Shown: positions 55,748-64,000 of the stretch, one piece after another
Layout: every line of letters starts with the position of its first letter
Position numbering within the stretch: the stretch's first letter is position 1
From: an uncultured Methanosarcinales archaeon
GTDB lineage: Archaea; Nanobdellota; Nanobdellia; Woesearchaeales; CAZYIM01
Reading direction: 5' to 3'
NCBI GenBank assembly: GCA_964647565.1
Contig: CAZYIM010000002.1
Span: forward strand, 69,222-133,221
Length of the DNA stretch: 64,000 bases
Made by a program: the position numbers and the translations under genes
The notes under the pieces: model-generated
Seen by the model: the letters and a program-made list of their open reading frames with translations, nothing else
The model's database searches: none
Told to the model about the DNA's origin: nothing

Positions 55748-56977
55748 ATGAAGCGAGAAATAGACATACATAACTACCAAAGAAGGCTTGAATCAGCTGT
55801 GAAGCTGGTTGAAAAGTCTAAGATTTCTAGACGGAATAAAGAATTGATCTTTGCGTTTAGAGACTTTGCTTCTCTGGATGGGCTCTCTGTGGCTCGAATT
55901 GAAAGGTATTTAGGAGTTATGAAAGACTGGGCATTACTTCTTGGAAAAGACTTTGATAAGGCCACAAAAGAAGATATTATGCGAGCTGTTCGGGCTGTGC
56001 AGGAAACAGAGAAGTATTCACCCTGGACAAAATCCACATATAAGACGATGTTGAAGAGGTTTTTTAAATGGCTAAAGAAAGAAGAGAATCCTGAGGAGAT
56101 AGCCTGGATAAAATGCAGGATAAAGCTGACTGAGAAGAGACTTCCCCAGAACAATGACTTATTGACAGAGGAAGAGGTTCAAAAGCTGGTTTCTCTGGCA
56201 GAACACCCTAGAGACAAGGCCTTTATCGCTACTTTATACGAGTCAGGCACTCGAATCGGCGAATTGGCATCTTTACAAATCAAGAACATAAACTTCGACG
56301 AATACGGAGCAGTCCTGAATGTTCACGGAAAAACAGGCTCAAGGCCCGTCAGAATAATCTCCTCAACACCCCATCTTGTTACATTGCTACAAAACCACCC
56401 ACTCAGAAACGACCCAACAGCACCCCTCTGGATATGCATAGGGACAACCAACCACAACAAACCCCTCAAATACCAAAGCATAAGAGTAATGCTAATGCGA
56501 CTCTTTGAAAAAGCCCAGATCAAGAAAAGATTTAATCCGCATATGTTCCGGCATTCTCGAGCAACATTTCTAGCCGACCACCTCACAGAGTTCCAAATGA
56601 ACCAATACTTTGGTTGGATACAAGGCTCAAAAATGCCCTCGACATATATTCATATGTCAGGCAAGAAGATCGACAGCTCGATATTGGCTCTGAATGGGAT
56701 TGAACAGAAGGAAAACCACAAAGAAAGCAAGCTAAAGCCGAAAATCTGTCCTAGATGTGATACAATCAACACGAGTGAAGCGAGGTTTTGTACTAAGTGT
56801 GCGGGGATATTGGATTTGAAGACCGCTCAGGAACTAGAAAAAAGAAATAAGGATGAACGAAAAATTAGAGATAAGAGCGACAACATCATGCAGGACTTGC
56901 TGAGTGATAAGGAGTTTTATGATCTGTTTATCAAGAAAGTCAAAGAACTAAGGCTGAAAGAGAGGATGATAACCTAA
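55748..56977 (+). CDS. tyrosine recombinase/integrase with C-terminal zinc ribbon
   Basis: YESGTRIGE, GKTG, HMFRHSRAT, FGW...M...Y.H catalytic residues; CPRC..N...FC..C. Confidence 0.93.
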   Translation: MKREIDIHNYQRRLESAVKLVEKSKISRRNKELIFAFRDFASLDGLSVARIERYLGVMKDWALLLGKDFDKATKEDIMRAVRAVQETEKYSPWTKSTYKTMLKRFFKWLKKEENPEEIAWIKCRIKLTEKRLPQNNDLLTEEEVQKLVSLAEHPRDKAFIATLYESGTRIGELASLQIKNINFDEYGAVLNVHGKTGSRPVRIISSTPHLVTLLQNHPLRNDPTAPLWICIGTTNHNKPLKYQSIRVMLMRLFEKAQIKKRFNPHMFRHSRATFLADHLTEFQMNQYFGWIQGSKMPSTYIHMSGKKIDSSILALNGIEQKENHKESKLKPKICPRCDTINTSEARFCTKCAGILDLKTAQELEKRNKDERKIRDKSDNIMQDLLSDKEFYDLFIKKVKELRLKERMIT

Positions 56978-56984
56978 AAAAAGC

Positions 56985-57096
56985 ATTTTTGTCAATAATT
57001 TATGTGTTTATTTATAAAGAAGTTGTCAAAAATCAAGAGAAAAAGTAGATATTTTTGTCAAAAATATTTTGTTTATTTATAAAGGACTTGTCAAAA
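56985..57096 (+). repeat. two ~46-nt direct repeats carrying four TTGTCAA boxes
   Basis: ATTTTTGTCAA...TGTTTATTTATAAAG...TTGTCAAAA at 56985 and 57051. Confidence 0.75.
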
Positions 57097-57137
57097 TTAC
57101 CGAAACATTTAAATAGTTAAGGAGAACACCCATAACA

Positions 57138-58621
57138 TGGCCATATTCGATATAAGTCAATTATCTGAACAAAATCCCTGGTGGGTTGACGTAAATAGCA
57201 TAGTAAAAGATATTAAAATCAGTACTCTAAATAAGCTAAAGTATCAATGGGATCCAAACCTTAGACACTACATTCGATTGGATACAGATGTAATCTACAC
57301 GATTAGGGGACCAAGACAGGTAGGAAAAACTACCCTACTAAAAATCATCATCAGAGATCTACTGTTTAACAAAGAAGTAAAACCTGAAAACATATTTTTC
57401 TGGTCATGTGAACTGAATAGTGAAGATGAATTAAATAAGATAATCCAGACCTATTTGGATTGGAGACATAATGCTAAAAAAGAAAGAAAATACATCTTTC
57501 TAGATGAAGTCTGCGGTATAAAAAACTGGCCCAAAGAGATTATTTATCTTGCTAACAAAGGCGAATTTAAAAATTGTTCTGTGATATTAACAGGTTCACA
57601 TTCAATGGACTTAAAGCATTCTACGGAACTAATGCCTGGAAGAAGAGGGGGAGATGAAGATAATCCTTTGGATAAAATATTGCTCCCCATGAAATTCTCA
57701 GAGTTTGTACAACTGCTATGGCCAGAGTTCAAAGAGAAGATGTTCGATCACAACATAGTAAAAAAAGAAGATCGACATAACAAAATACTTCAACTATTTG
57801 AAGGAAAGCTTGATGATGATTTAAAGAACCTGATGCTTTACAAAAAACAGCTAGACTCACTTCTAGATATTTACCTCATAACAGGAGGCATTCCTGCAAC
57901 AATCAATGAACTAAAGGCCACAAGCAAACTATCTCCAAGATTATTTAATATTTATCTAACTTCAATAATTGGCGACCTAAATAGATACAACTACAAAGAG
58001 CATTATTTCAAACAACTAATGAGAGAAATATTCAACACAATATCAAATCCAATAAGCTGGAACAGCTTTACTAAAAACACAGAAGTAAAATCCCATAACA
58101 CAGTCCAAGAATACATTACAGCATTAGAAGAGCTTTATATTGCCAACTGCTCATACAGATGCTCAATACATGACAAAAGAATACACCCTTTTATGAAAAA
58201 GATATATGTCCAAGATCCATTCATATTTCACGCTCTGCATGGATGGTCAAATGGAAAAAAAGATTACTTCCAAAATGCAAAAGCTAACATCCTAAATCTA
58301 GAAACAAAAAGCAAATTGGTAGAAAGTGTTGTCTATAATCACCTGTGCAGACTTGCTTTTGGTCTTAATCCGAAAGACCTCTTTGATCCCAAAGACCACA
58401 TCTGCTATTACGAGGACAAAAGCAAAAAAGAAGTAGATTTTGTTCTCCTATTTGACGAAAAATACTATCCCTTCGAGGTCAAATACCAATCAACAATAAA
58501 TAACCAAGATTTTTATGCATTCAAGTCATTTAACAAAGGAGTACTGATAACCAAGAATGAGCTTGGAATATACAGGAACTATGCTCAGATACCCGTATCC
58601 TTGTTTTTAATGATGATATAA
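57138..58621 (+). CDS. AAA+ ATPase with DUF4143 / PD-(D/E)xK C-terminus
   Basis: QNPWW, GPRQVGKTT, FLDEV, LTGS, GG.P, EVDF..FEVK motifs. Confidence 0.92.
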
Positions 58622-58647
58622 ACTAAAGTTTCAACTAATTCATAGTC

Positions 58648-60312
58648 ATGGATTTTAACAAAAAAAGATATCAAAAATATAGACCTATAATAAATAAGAC
58701 TGTACATAGATTGTTAAAGGAAGATAGATTTGATTTCGATGTTGGTTATTCTTTTATTAACGTTGACGATCACGTATTTTTTGGATTAGATGTCAATCAA
58801 TTTGTGGATGAATTTTTCAAGAAAAAATATTTCACTAAACCTAAATATAGAAACTACAAATACGTATTTTTCATTAGTCGATCATTTCCAGATGATTTCT
58901 TAAAAAAAGAAAAAGTAACCACAATAGATTTTCCACCTGTATTAATGAGGAACTTGAAAGTAAAGACCCCTCTTTCTATAACTGATCTACTCAGACTTAA
59001 TGATTCTGTGCTTAAACACTTTCCTCTTATGTATTTCTTAAGATCGATTTATGACAACAAATACAATGCAGATCAGCAGATGTTAGATTCCGGTGATTTT
59101 GAAAAAATCTTGGAATCTGGACAAAAAAAGAAAATTGCTGATATAATGAAATATGTTGATATGATTTCGAAATCACATCAGAAATCATTCAAGAATGGAA
59201 CAAATCTAAAATATGTTTGTCAAAAATACTGTTTACAAGATTATTTTTCTAAAAAATCGAATTTAAACAGCATATTGAGCAATGAGAAATTTATTATAGT
59301 GCATGCTCCTAGATCTCATCCCGATGATACCATAAGGCCAAATGTTATGTCACTTCTATTGTATTACATCTCTGAATTCAATAGAAACAACAAACAAGAT
59401 ACCATTTTTTTTATAGATGATATTCATCTTTTCACAAACAAATATAGCGACTGTAGAGTAAACCACGCCAGCATATTCAGAATGGCTTTTAATAGCGTAA
59501 ATAATCGTGATCCTCTAGCTGAAAGACCTGATGAAAAAATTGAACACTTATTTCATTTCAATATTTTTACAAATAACTTGTTCGATTTTGGAGAGAAAGA
59601 AGAAGAAATCGGCGACAGAATTTCCTTTTTACTCAACTTTAACGAAAAAATAATATTTAATATCAGCACATATTTCTATAATATTTTATTAAAATATTAT
59701 TCTTCAGAGCTTGGTTTTATCGCAAGATTAAATAAATTGGGTCAAGATATAAACGAGTATTGGGATGATGCAAATAATGGTAATGAACATGATGAGTATC
59801 CATTCATGCTAGAATATTATGACTATCATGCTTCAAGCAGCAGTTTTAATCCATACATAACACCTATTGACTTCGATAAATATCCATTAAATGAAAAAAT
59901 CCTTAACTCAATAATTCTGTCAAGGGAAATTTTAAATCTTGAATTTAAGCTTAACTTTAAAGGCTGCAAAAACAGAATAAAACAAAATGTAATAGGTATG
60001 CTTAGATCAAAAGGAGGCAACATTATTATTGGAATCGAAAATAAAATGAAAGCACCCATTGGTATAACTTTAAAAGAAGAAGGTAATTTTAATAGACCTA
60101 GTGAACTCTGTGATAATATGATGGAGTTCATATCAAGTAACATAAAACCCTTACCTCCTCCAGAAAATATCAGAATACATAATTTTACAATAAAAGATAA
60201 TTTGTTCATTACGATAACCGTTCTAGGTGATAAAGATACTATATATTATGATAATAAGGGACAGACATGGAAGAGACTTGATGGAATAAATAAACAATGT
60301 CATAAAATCTAA
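58648..60312 (+). CDS. protein with C-terminal Schlafen/AlbA_2 domain
   Basis: E..NLEFK...GM..SKGGNIIIGI motif; N-terminal region with Walker-B-like IFFIDDIH. Confidence 0.75.
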   Translation: MDFNKKRYQKYRPIINKTVHRLLKEDRFDFDVGYSFINVDDHVFFGLDVNQFVDEFFKKKYFTKPKYRNYKYVFFISRSFPDDFLKKEKVTTIDFPPVLMRNLKVKTPLSITDLLRLNDSVLKHFPLMYFLRSIYDNKYNADQQMLDSGDFEKILESGQKKKIADIMKYVDMISKSHQKSFKNGTNLKYVCQKYCLQDYFSKKSNLNSILSNEKFIIVHAPRSHPDDTIRPNVMSLLLYYISEFNRNNKQDTIFFIDDIHLFTNKYSDCRVNHASIFRMAFNSVNNRDPLAERPDEKIEHLFHFNIFTNNLFDFGEKEEEIGDRISFLLNFNEKIIFNISTYFYNILLKYYSSELGFIARLNKLGQDINEYWDDANNGNEHDEYPFMLEYYDYHASSSSFNPYITPIDFDKYPLNEKILNSIILSREILNLEFKLNFKGCKNRIKQNVIGMLRSKGGNIIIGIENKMKAPIGITLKEEGNFNRPSELCDNMMEFISSNIKPLPPPENIRIHNFTIKDNLFITITVLGDKDTIYYDNKGQTWKRLDGINKQCHKI

Positions 60313-60356
60313 AAGATAGAATAAATTTAAAAACAACAAATAAATCTTCATACACT

Positions 60357-61316
60357 ATGGCTTCAAATTTGCATGACAATCATATTTCTATTAATACAAC
60401 GAGAGAAATCGATCATTTATGGAATTGGTTAGATACCTTAACAAATAAAACGTTAGTTAGAAAATTATTGAACGAGCGTATAGATAATAATTTTTATATG
60501 GATAAAGATGCATGTCTAACATCTATTAAAGAACTTAATAAAAAACTAGTTGACAAAAATAATTTGTATGATATTAAATTTATTGAGAAAGAAAATATTA
60601 ATAACACCTTAATCTCAGAGATCATCAATTCCGCTAAACAAGCAAAAGAATTATTTCAAAAAGCCAGAGAATCTTCAATTCTTGTTCAGCCATTATTATA
60701 TTTATATGGAACGGAAGCACTTGAACGATGCTTAATTCTAATGACTTTTCAAAAAAACAATGATTCTCAATCACACGGACTTGCACTTTCTTCAAGTAAA
60801 AGTGGTTGTACGATTCGACAGAAAGGTTTTTTCCAATTAGTTCATTTTTGTGTATCCACAGACCAATCTATATTTTATAAGGATTGGTATAAAATGAATC
60901 TAAAAGATCTGTTCTATTTAAATCCTGAGTTAATTTATGTATATGAGTATATCTATGACTCGCCTCATCAACAAATTAAAGAATGGAATAAACAGAGTCA
61001 AAACAAACAATTAACAATTGATTTAGAATTTGATAGACATTTACCTATACATAAAAATTCCATCAATTTTGAATATATTGATATATTACATATTACTTGT
61101 TTTATTTTAAGTACTTATATGAGATATGCACCAGGCAGTTGGATTGCTTTTTTAGAAAATTCTAATGAAGGCCATTTAGCAAAAATATTTTTAACAATAT
61201 ATCCAAGAAGAATGCCGAACTTAATACTAAATTACATTTATGGAAAAAAATTCTTAATCGCTCCAACTGCAAGATTTGGTGGTGAGATAAAATCTAAGTT
61301 TCTTAAAAAATCTTAA
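60357..61316 (+). CDS. YaaC-like protein
   Basis: QA.E.F..A...PL.LY.G, SHGL, LS..MRY.P..W motifs. Confidence 0.7.
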   Translation: MASNLHDNHISINTTREIDHLWNWLDTLTNKTLVRKLLNERIDNNFYMDKDACLTSIKELNKKLVDKNNLYDIKFIEKENINNTLISEIINSAKQAKELFQKARESSILVQPLLYLYGTEALERCLILMTFQKNNDSQSHGLALSSSKSGCTIRQKGFFQLVHFCVSTDQSIFYKDWYKMNLKDLFYLNPELIYVYEYIYDSPHQQIKEWNKQSQNKQLTIDLEFDRHLPIHKNSINFEYIDILHITCFILSTYMRYAPGSWIAFLENSNEGHLAKIFLTIYPRRMPNLILNYIYGKKFLIAPTARFGGEIKSKFLKKS

Positions 61317-61378
61317 TGACCAAATCGTATTACATTCTCCGAGTTCTCTTTATCTATTAACGTGACCTTTCTCTAACT

Positions 61379-61573
61379 ATGATCAAAACCCATACAATAA
61401 AATTCTTAGTTGAGGAAGAGCAATTTGACAGAATCAAACGCAACGCTTCTCTGAAAGGCCATAAGACCATATCTTCTTACCTTCGCCATTTGGCTTTGGA
61501 GCATGATTATTATTTTGAGAACTTGATCTTTGAGATCCACAAGGAGGTGGTTCGGAATGGAAGAAAGCCTTGA
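61379..61573 (+). CDS. small ribbon-helix-helix DNA-binding protein
   Basis: IKF.V...QF.RI...A...G..TISSYLR..AL. Confidence 0.7.
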   Translation: MIKTHTIKFLVEEEQFDRIKRNASLKGHKTISSYLRHLALEHDYYFENLIFEIHKEVVRNGRKP

Positions 61574-61631
61574 GTTTGAGATTCCTGAATGGATTAAAAT
61601 CCTTCAGAAGGTATTAGAAGATGACGAATGA
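61557..61631 (+). CDS. 24-aa small ORF MEESLEFEIPEWIKILQKVLEDDE
   Basis: Strong GGAGGTG Shine-Dalgarno; overlaps both neighbours. Confidence 0.45.
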   Translation: MEESLEFEIPEWIKILQKVLEDDE

Positions 61632-62877
61632 ATCAACAGATGTTTGGTCATTGATTGTTTTTGCAGGAGTCGTTCTGATAGTAATTTACAAGCAAATAAT
61701 CAAATTAGAGGAACAGTTCAGGCTCTTTCAATGGGATGTCTTTCTAAATAACGCAATTATCTCTATATGTTGTTTATTGAGCCTTATTATACTGGTCATT
61801 CTTATCTATGCAAAGCTGAAAGCAAAAAGAGAAAAAGAACAAGAATTCAGCAACACTCTTAATAAGCTCCAGAACAGGCAGTTAGACAATATGGAACAGA
61901 TAGACAAAACTGAGACAGAATTAGACAAATTCCTGACAAACAAGAGAAAACTGACAAAGAAATACTTATCTCTAATCTGCTCTATAAGACAAAATCTAAA
62001 GGAAAAAAAGATCCGAATCCTCGCTAAAGAAAAACAAATAGAAAAGGAAGAAAGAATAGCTCAACTCAAAGAAGAAAGAAAGCAAAATGAGTTCGAGTTA
62101 GTTCTGGAATATTTCAAAAAGAAAGATTCAGCAAACTCCCTTCCTGACTGGGCTCTAAATATAGATTATGAGATAGTTAAAAAAGCAGTTGAAGAATTTG
62201 AAAAACTCAAACACGAACAGATAAAACAAGAAGAAATATGGGAAAAAGTCAAAACATTCATAGCAGAACACAAAGCATATCCTCTTGACTTCTCAAGACT
62301 TGACTACGAAGAACAAAAGATGTACAAGAAAGCAATAAGGCTTCTCAAAAGAGGAAAGCTAGAGATAAACAAAGAAATTAAAGTAGATGAAAAAGACAAA
62401 CACTTGATAGAAAAGAACTTTTTCCACACAGAAGAACTCACACCAGAACAAAGAGAAAGATTCATTACTCAGTATGGTTATAGGCATCATCCATTCATAT
62501 TCATAGATGGCAGAAGCGGAAACAACCTCATCATAAGAAACGACCAAAGAAAAGAATCAGACTATCACTTCTGCATGAAACATCTGTTTGCAGAACTAGG
62601 AGACTCAATAATAGAATACTCTAAAGAAGGAATGAGAGCAGATGTAGTATACACCAGTAACAATCAAAAAATAGCAATAGAAATCGAAACAGGAACCAAC
62701 AAAGAAATAGACATCAACAAAAAAGTCAAATGGCTCAACAAGAACTTCGACAAATGGATATTCGTAGTCTCAAGGAAGAACAGAAAAATATATTCAAAAT
62801 ACGCAGATAACAAAAAGAGCTACTGCCTAACACTAAAACAAGCACAAGAGAAGATCAAAGAACTCCTTGAACAATAG
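61621..62877 (+). CDS. two-TM, coiled-coil protein with C-terminal PD-(D/E)xK-like nuclease domain
   Basis: Two TMs; ES.YH, RADV, IAIEIETG motifs. Confidence 0.75.
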   Translation: MTNESTDVWSLIVFAGVVLIVIYKQIIKLEEQFRLFQWDVFLNNAIISICCLLSLIILVILIYAKLKAKREKEQEFSNTLNKLQNRQLDNMEQIDKTETELDKFLTNKRKLTKKYLSLICSIRQNLKEKKIRILAKEKQIEKEERIAQLKEERKQNEFELVLEYFKKKDSANSLPDWALNIDYEIVKKAVEEFEKLKHEQIKQEEIWEKVKTFIAEHKAYPLDFSRLDYEEQKMYKKAIRLLKRGKLEINKEIKVDEKDKHLIEKNFFHTEELTPEQRERFITQYGYRHHPFIFIDGRSGNNLIIRNDQRKESDYHFCMKHLFAELGDSIIEYSKEGMRADVVYTSNNQKIAIEIETGTNKEIDINKKVKWLNKNFDKWIFVVSRKNRKIYSKYADNKKSYCLTLKQAQEKIKELLEQ

Positions 62878-62928
62878 AACAATCCCTTCTACGCCATAAA
62901 AAGAGATTATATGTATATATAAGCCAAC

Positions 62929-63040
62929 GGCTGCACAAGCGGACTCAAGCCGCCAAACAGCCAAATTCGGGCATTACAGACCAGACAACAGCTGCACTCT
63001 CTTTTATAAATAAAAGAGGCAGCTGTATGGACGGTTGTAA
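62929..63040. other. intergenic structured region with two hairpins
   Basis: GGCTG..GCGG/CCGC..CAGCC and ACAGCTGC..CTCTTTTA/TAAAAGAG.GCAGCTGT. Confidence 0.55.
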
Positions 63041-63087
63041 AACGGAGACGATAAACATAATCTATAAACAGAGAATAAGCAACTAAA

Positions 63088-63684
63088 TCATGATTTCTTT
63101 TTATTTTCTTTTATGATTAACTTTCTTTTTATCATTATTTTTTCTAATTTGTTATTAATGATTTTCAGTTTCTCATTCAAAGAATCAAAATATTTATCAG
63201 TTAATTCTTGATCTGCTAGCTTCCCCTTTGAATTTATATATTCTAAATGCGATTGAAGCTTTAGTTTTTTATTTACTTTTTTCTGTTCAAAACATATAGG
63301 CGCATGAGCCCATTTATTTCGTTCAGTTATTAAAATACTTAGAGACTTATGGAACTCCTTTATTTCTTCTTCTTTCATTTCTTTCTTTGTTTTAATTATT
63401 TCACATAGTAAATCTATTTTTGTCTTCAGAGTCATTTCTCTGAAATGCAAAATTTTTTCTCTGAAAACGCTTTTTAGTTTAGAATTCTTTGCAATCATAC
63501 TTTTTTCGATTAAAAGATTGATTTTTTCTTCTATACCTATAATAATATCTAAGAAATGACCTCGAATGAGTTTTAAATCGTAAGTTTGTTTTTTCCAATC
63601 TTTTAACTCTTCAGGACCAAGTTTTAATTCTGTCCCGGGTGGGAGCCGGAATGGATAGCTAAAATGTGCATGTGCATTATGCAT
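63088..63684 (-). CDS. HEPN-like domain protein
   Basis: RG..L.....IE, K..LL, ERNKWAH (Rx4H) motifs. Confidence 0.7.
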   Translation of the reverse strand: MHNAHAHFSYPFRLPPGTELKLGPEELKDWKKQTYDLKLIRGHFLDIIIGIEEKINLLIEKSMIAKNSKLKSVFREKILHFREMTLKTKIDLLCEIIKTKKEMKEEEIKEFHKSLSILITERNKWAHAPICFEQKKVNKKLKLQSHLEYINSKGKLADQELTDKYFDSLNEKLKIINNKLEKIMIKRKLIIKENKKKS

Positions 63685-63823
63685 ATTAGCTATAAAAATA
63701 TTCGGATTTAAATAATTTTATATATTGTTTTCATAATAATTATCCCAAATTCTAATTATTTATCCCAATCAATGAAAAATTTTATATAAAATAATAGTTA
63801 TAATTTTATTTCGGGTGATTTTC

Positions 63824-64000
63824 ATGAGAAAATTGAAATGGTTAATAAGTTTACTAATGCTTTTATGGTTTATTTCGCCAGTGTTAGCAGTGGACTCTTA
63901 TTTTGATATAAGCTTGGATTGTTATCAAGGATGTAAAGAAGGTACTGCTTCTATTGAGGATCAAATTATGTTAAAATTTACAATGAAAAATAATTTTGAT
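63824..64000 (+). CDS. secreted protein, 3'-truncated by window edge
   Basis: GGTGA Shine-Dalgarno; MRKLKWLISLLMLLWFISPVLA signal peptide; frame open to the end. Confidence 0.65.
   Translation, partial: MRKLKWLISLLMLLWFISPVLAVDSYFDISLDCYQGCKEGTASIEDQIMLKFTMKNNFD

Larger units (their letters stand above)
55650..64000. mobile_element. putative integrative element or genomic island; boundaries unresolved
   Basis: Integrase followed by AT-rich accessory genes (ATPase, AlbA_2, YaaC, nuclease, HEPN); no att pair identified in the window. Confidence 0.6.

Noticed and set aside
420..62547. Numerous 60-180 aa antisense or nested ORFs in the track
   Set aside because: They shadow well-supported genes and carry no motifs
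1..64000. CRISPR array, rRNA, reverse transcriptase/DGR, IS transposase
   Set aside because: No regularly spaced repeats, rRNA-like sequence, reverse-transcriptase motifs or transposase ORFs were seen

Overview
64-kb chromosomal window, most likely from a DPANN archaeon (Woesearchaeota/Nanoarchaeota-like). Support: archaeal TATA-type promoters with many short or absent leaders, a tRNA with bulge-helix-bulge (BHB) introns, DUF357, tandem Lrp/AsnC, HEPN-MNT, KaiC/V4R/FIST proteins, a group 3b-like NiFe hydrogenase and a bacterial-type GAPDH. Layout: (1) 0-12 kb, toxin-antitoxin pairs and housekeeping genes, with an unexplained 280-nt structured element, twin hairpins and a dispersed double-hairpin repeat. 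(2) 12-22.5 kb, a signalling and small-molecule island: a histidine kinase converging on a receiver-methyltransferase plus a GriC/GriD-like carboxylate-reductase pair, then FIST-FIST-V4R-KaiC. (3) 22.6-37 kb, radical SAM/DUF4130, SufS-like, pyrE-pyrD/K-pyrC-pyrF, a viperin-like radical SAM and the hydrogenase. (4) 37.6-48.2 kb, secreted proteins with apparent bacterial cell-wall-active domains: a DUF1460 amidase fusion, a split carbohydrate-binding module and a 2208-aa protein with PKD, caspase-like, NAGPA, helical-repeat and SleB-like domains. (5) tRNA-Arg(GCG) with two introns. (6) 53.8-64 kb, an integrase-linked accessory/defence island. The best candidates for new systems are the cell-wall-attack locus and the kinase-controlled methyltransferase/reductase module. 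All family calls are by-eye motif recognition; no database searches were run.
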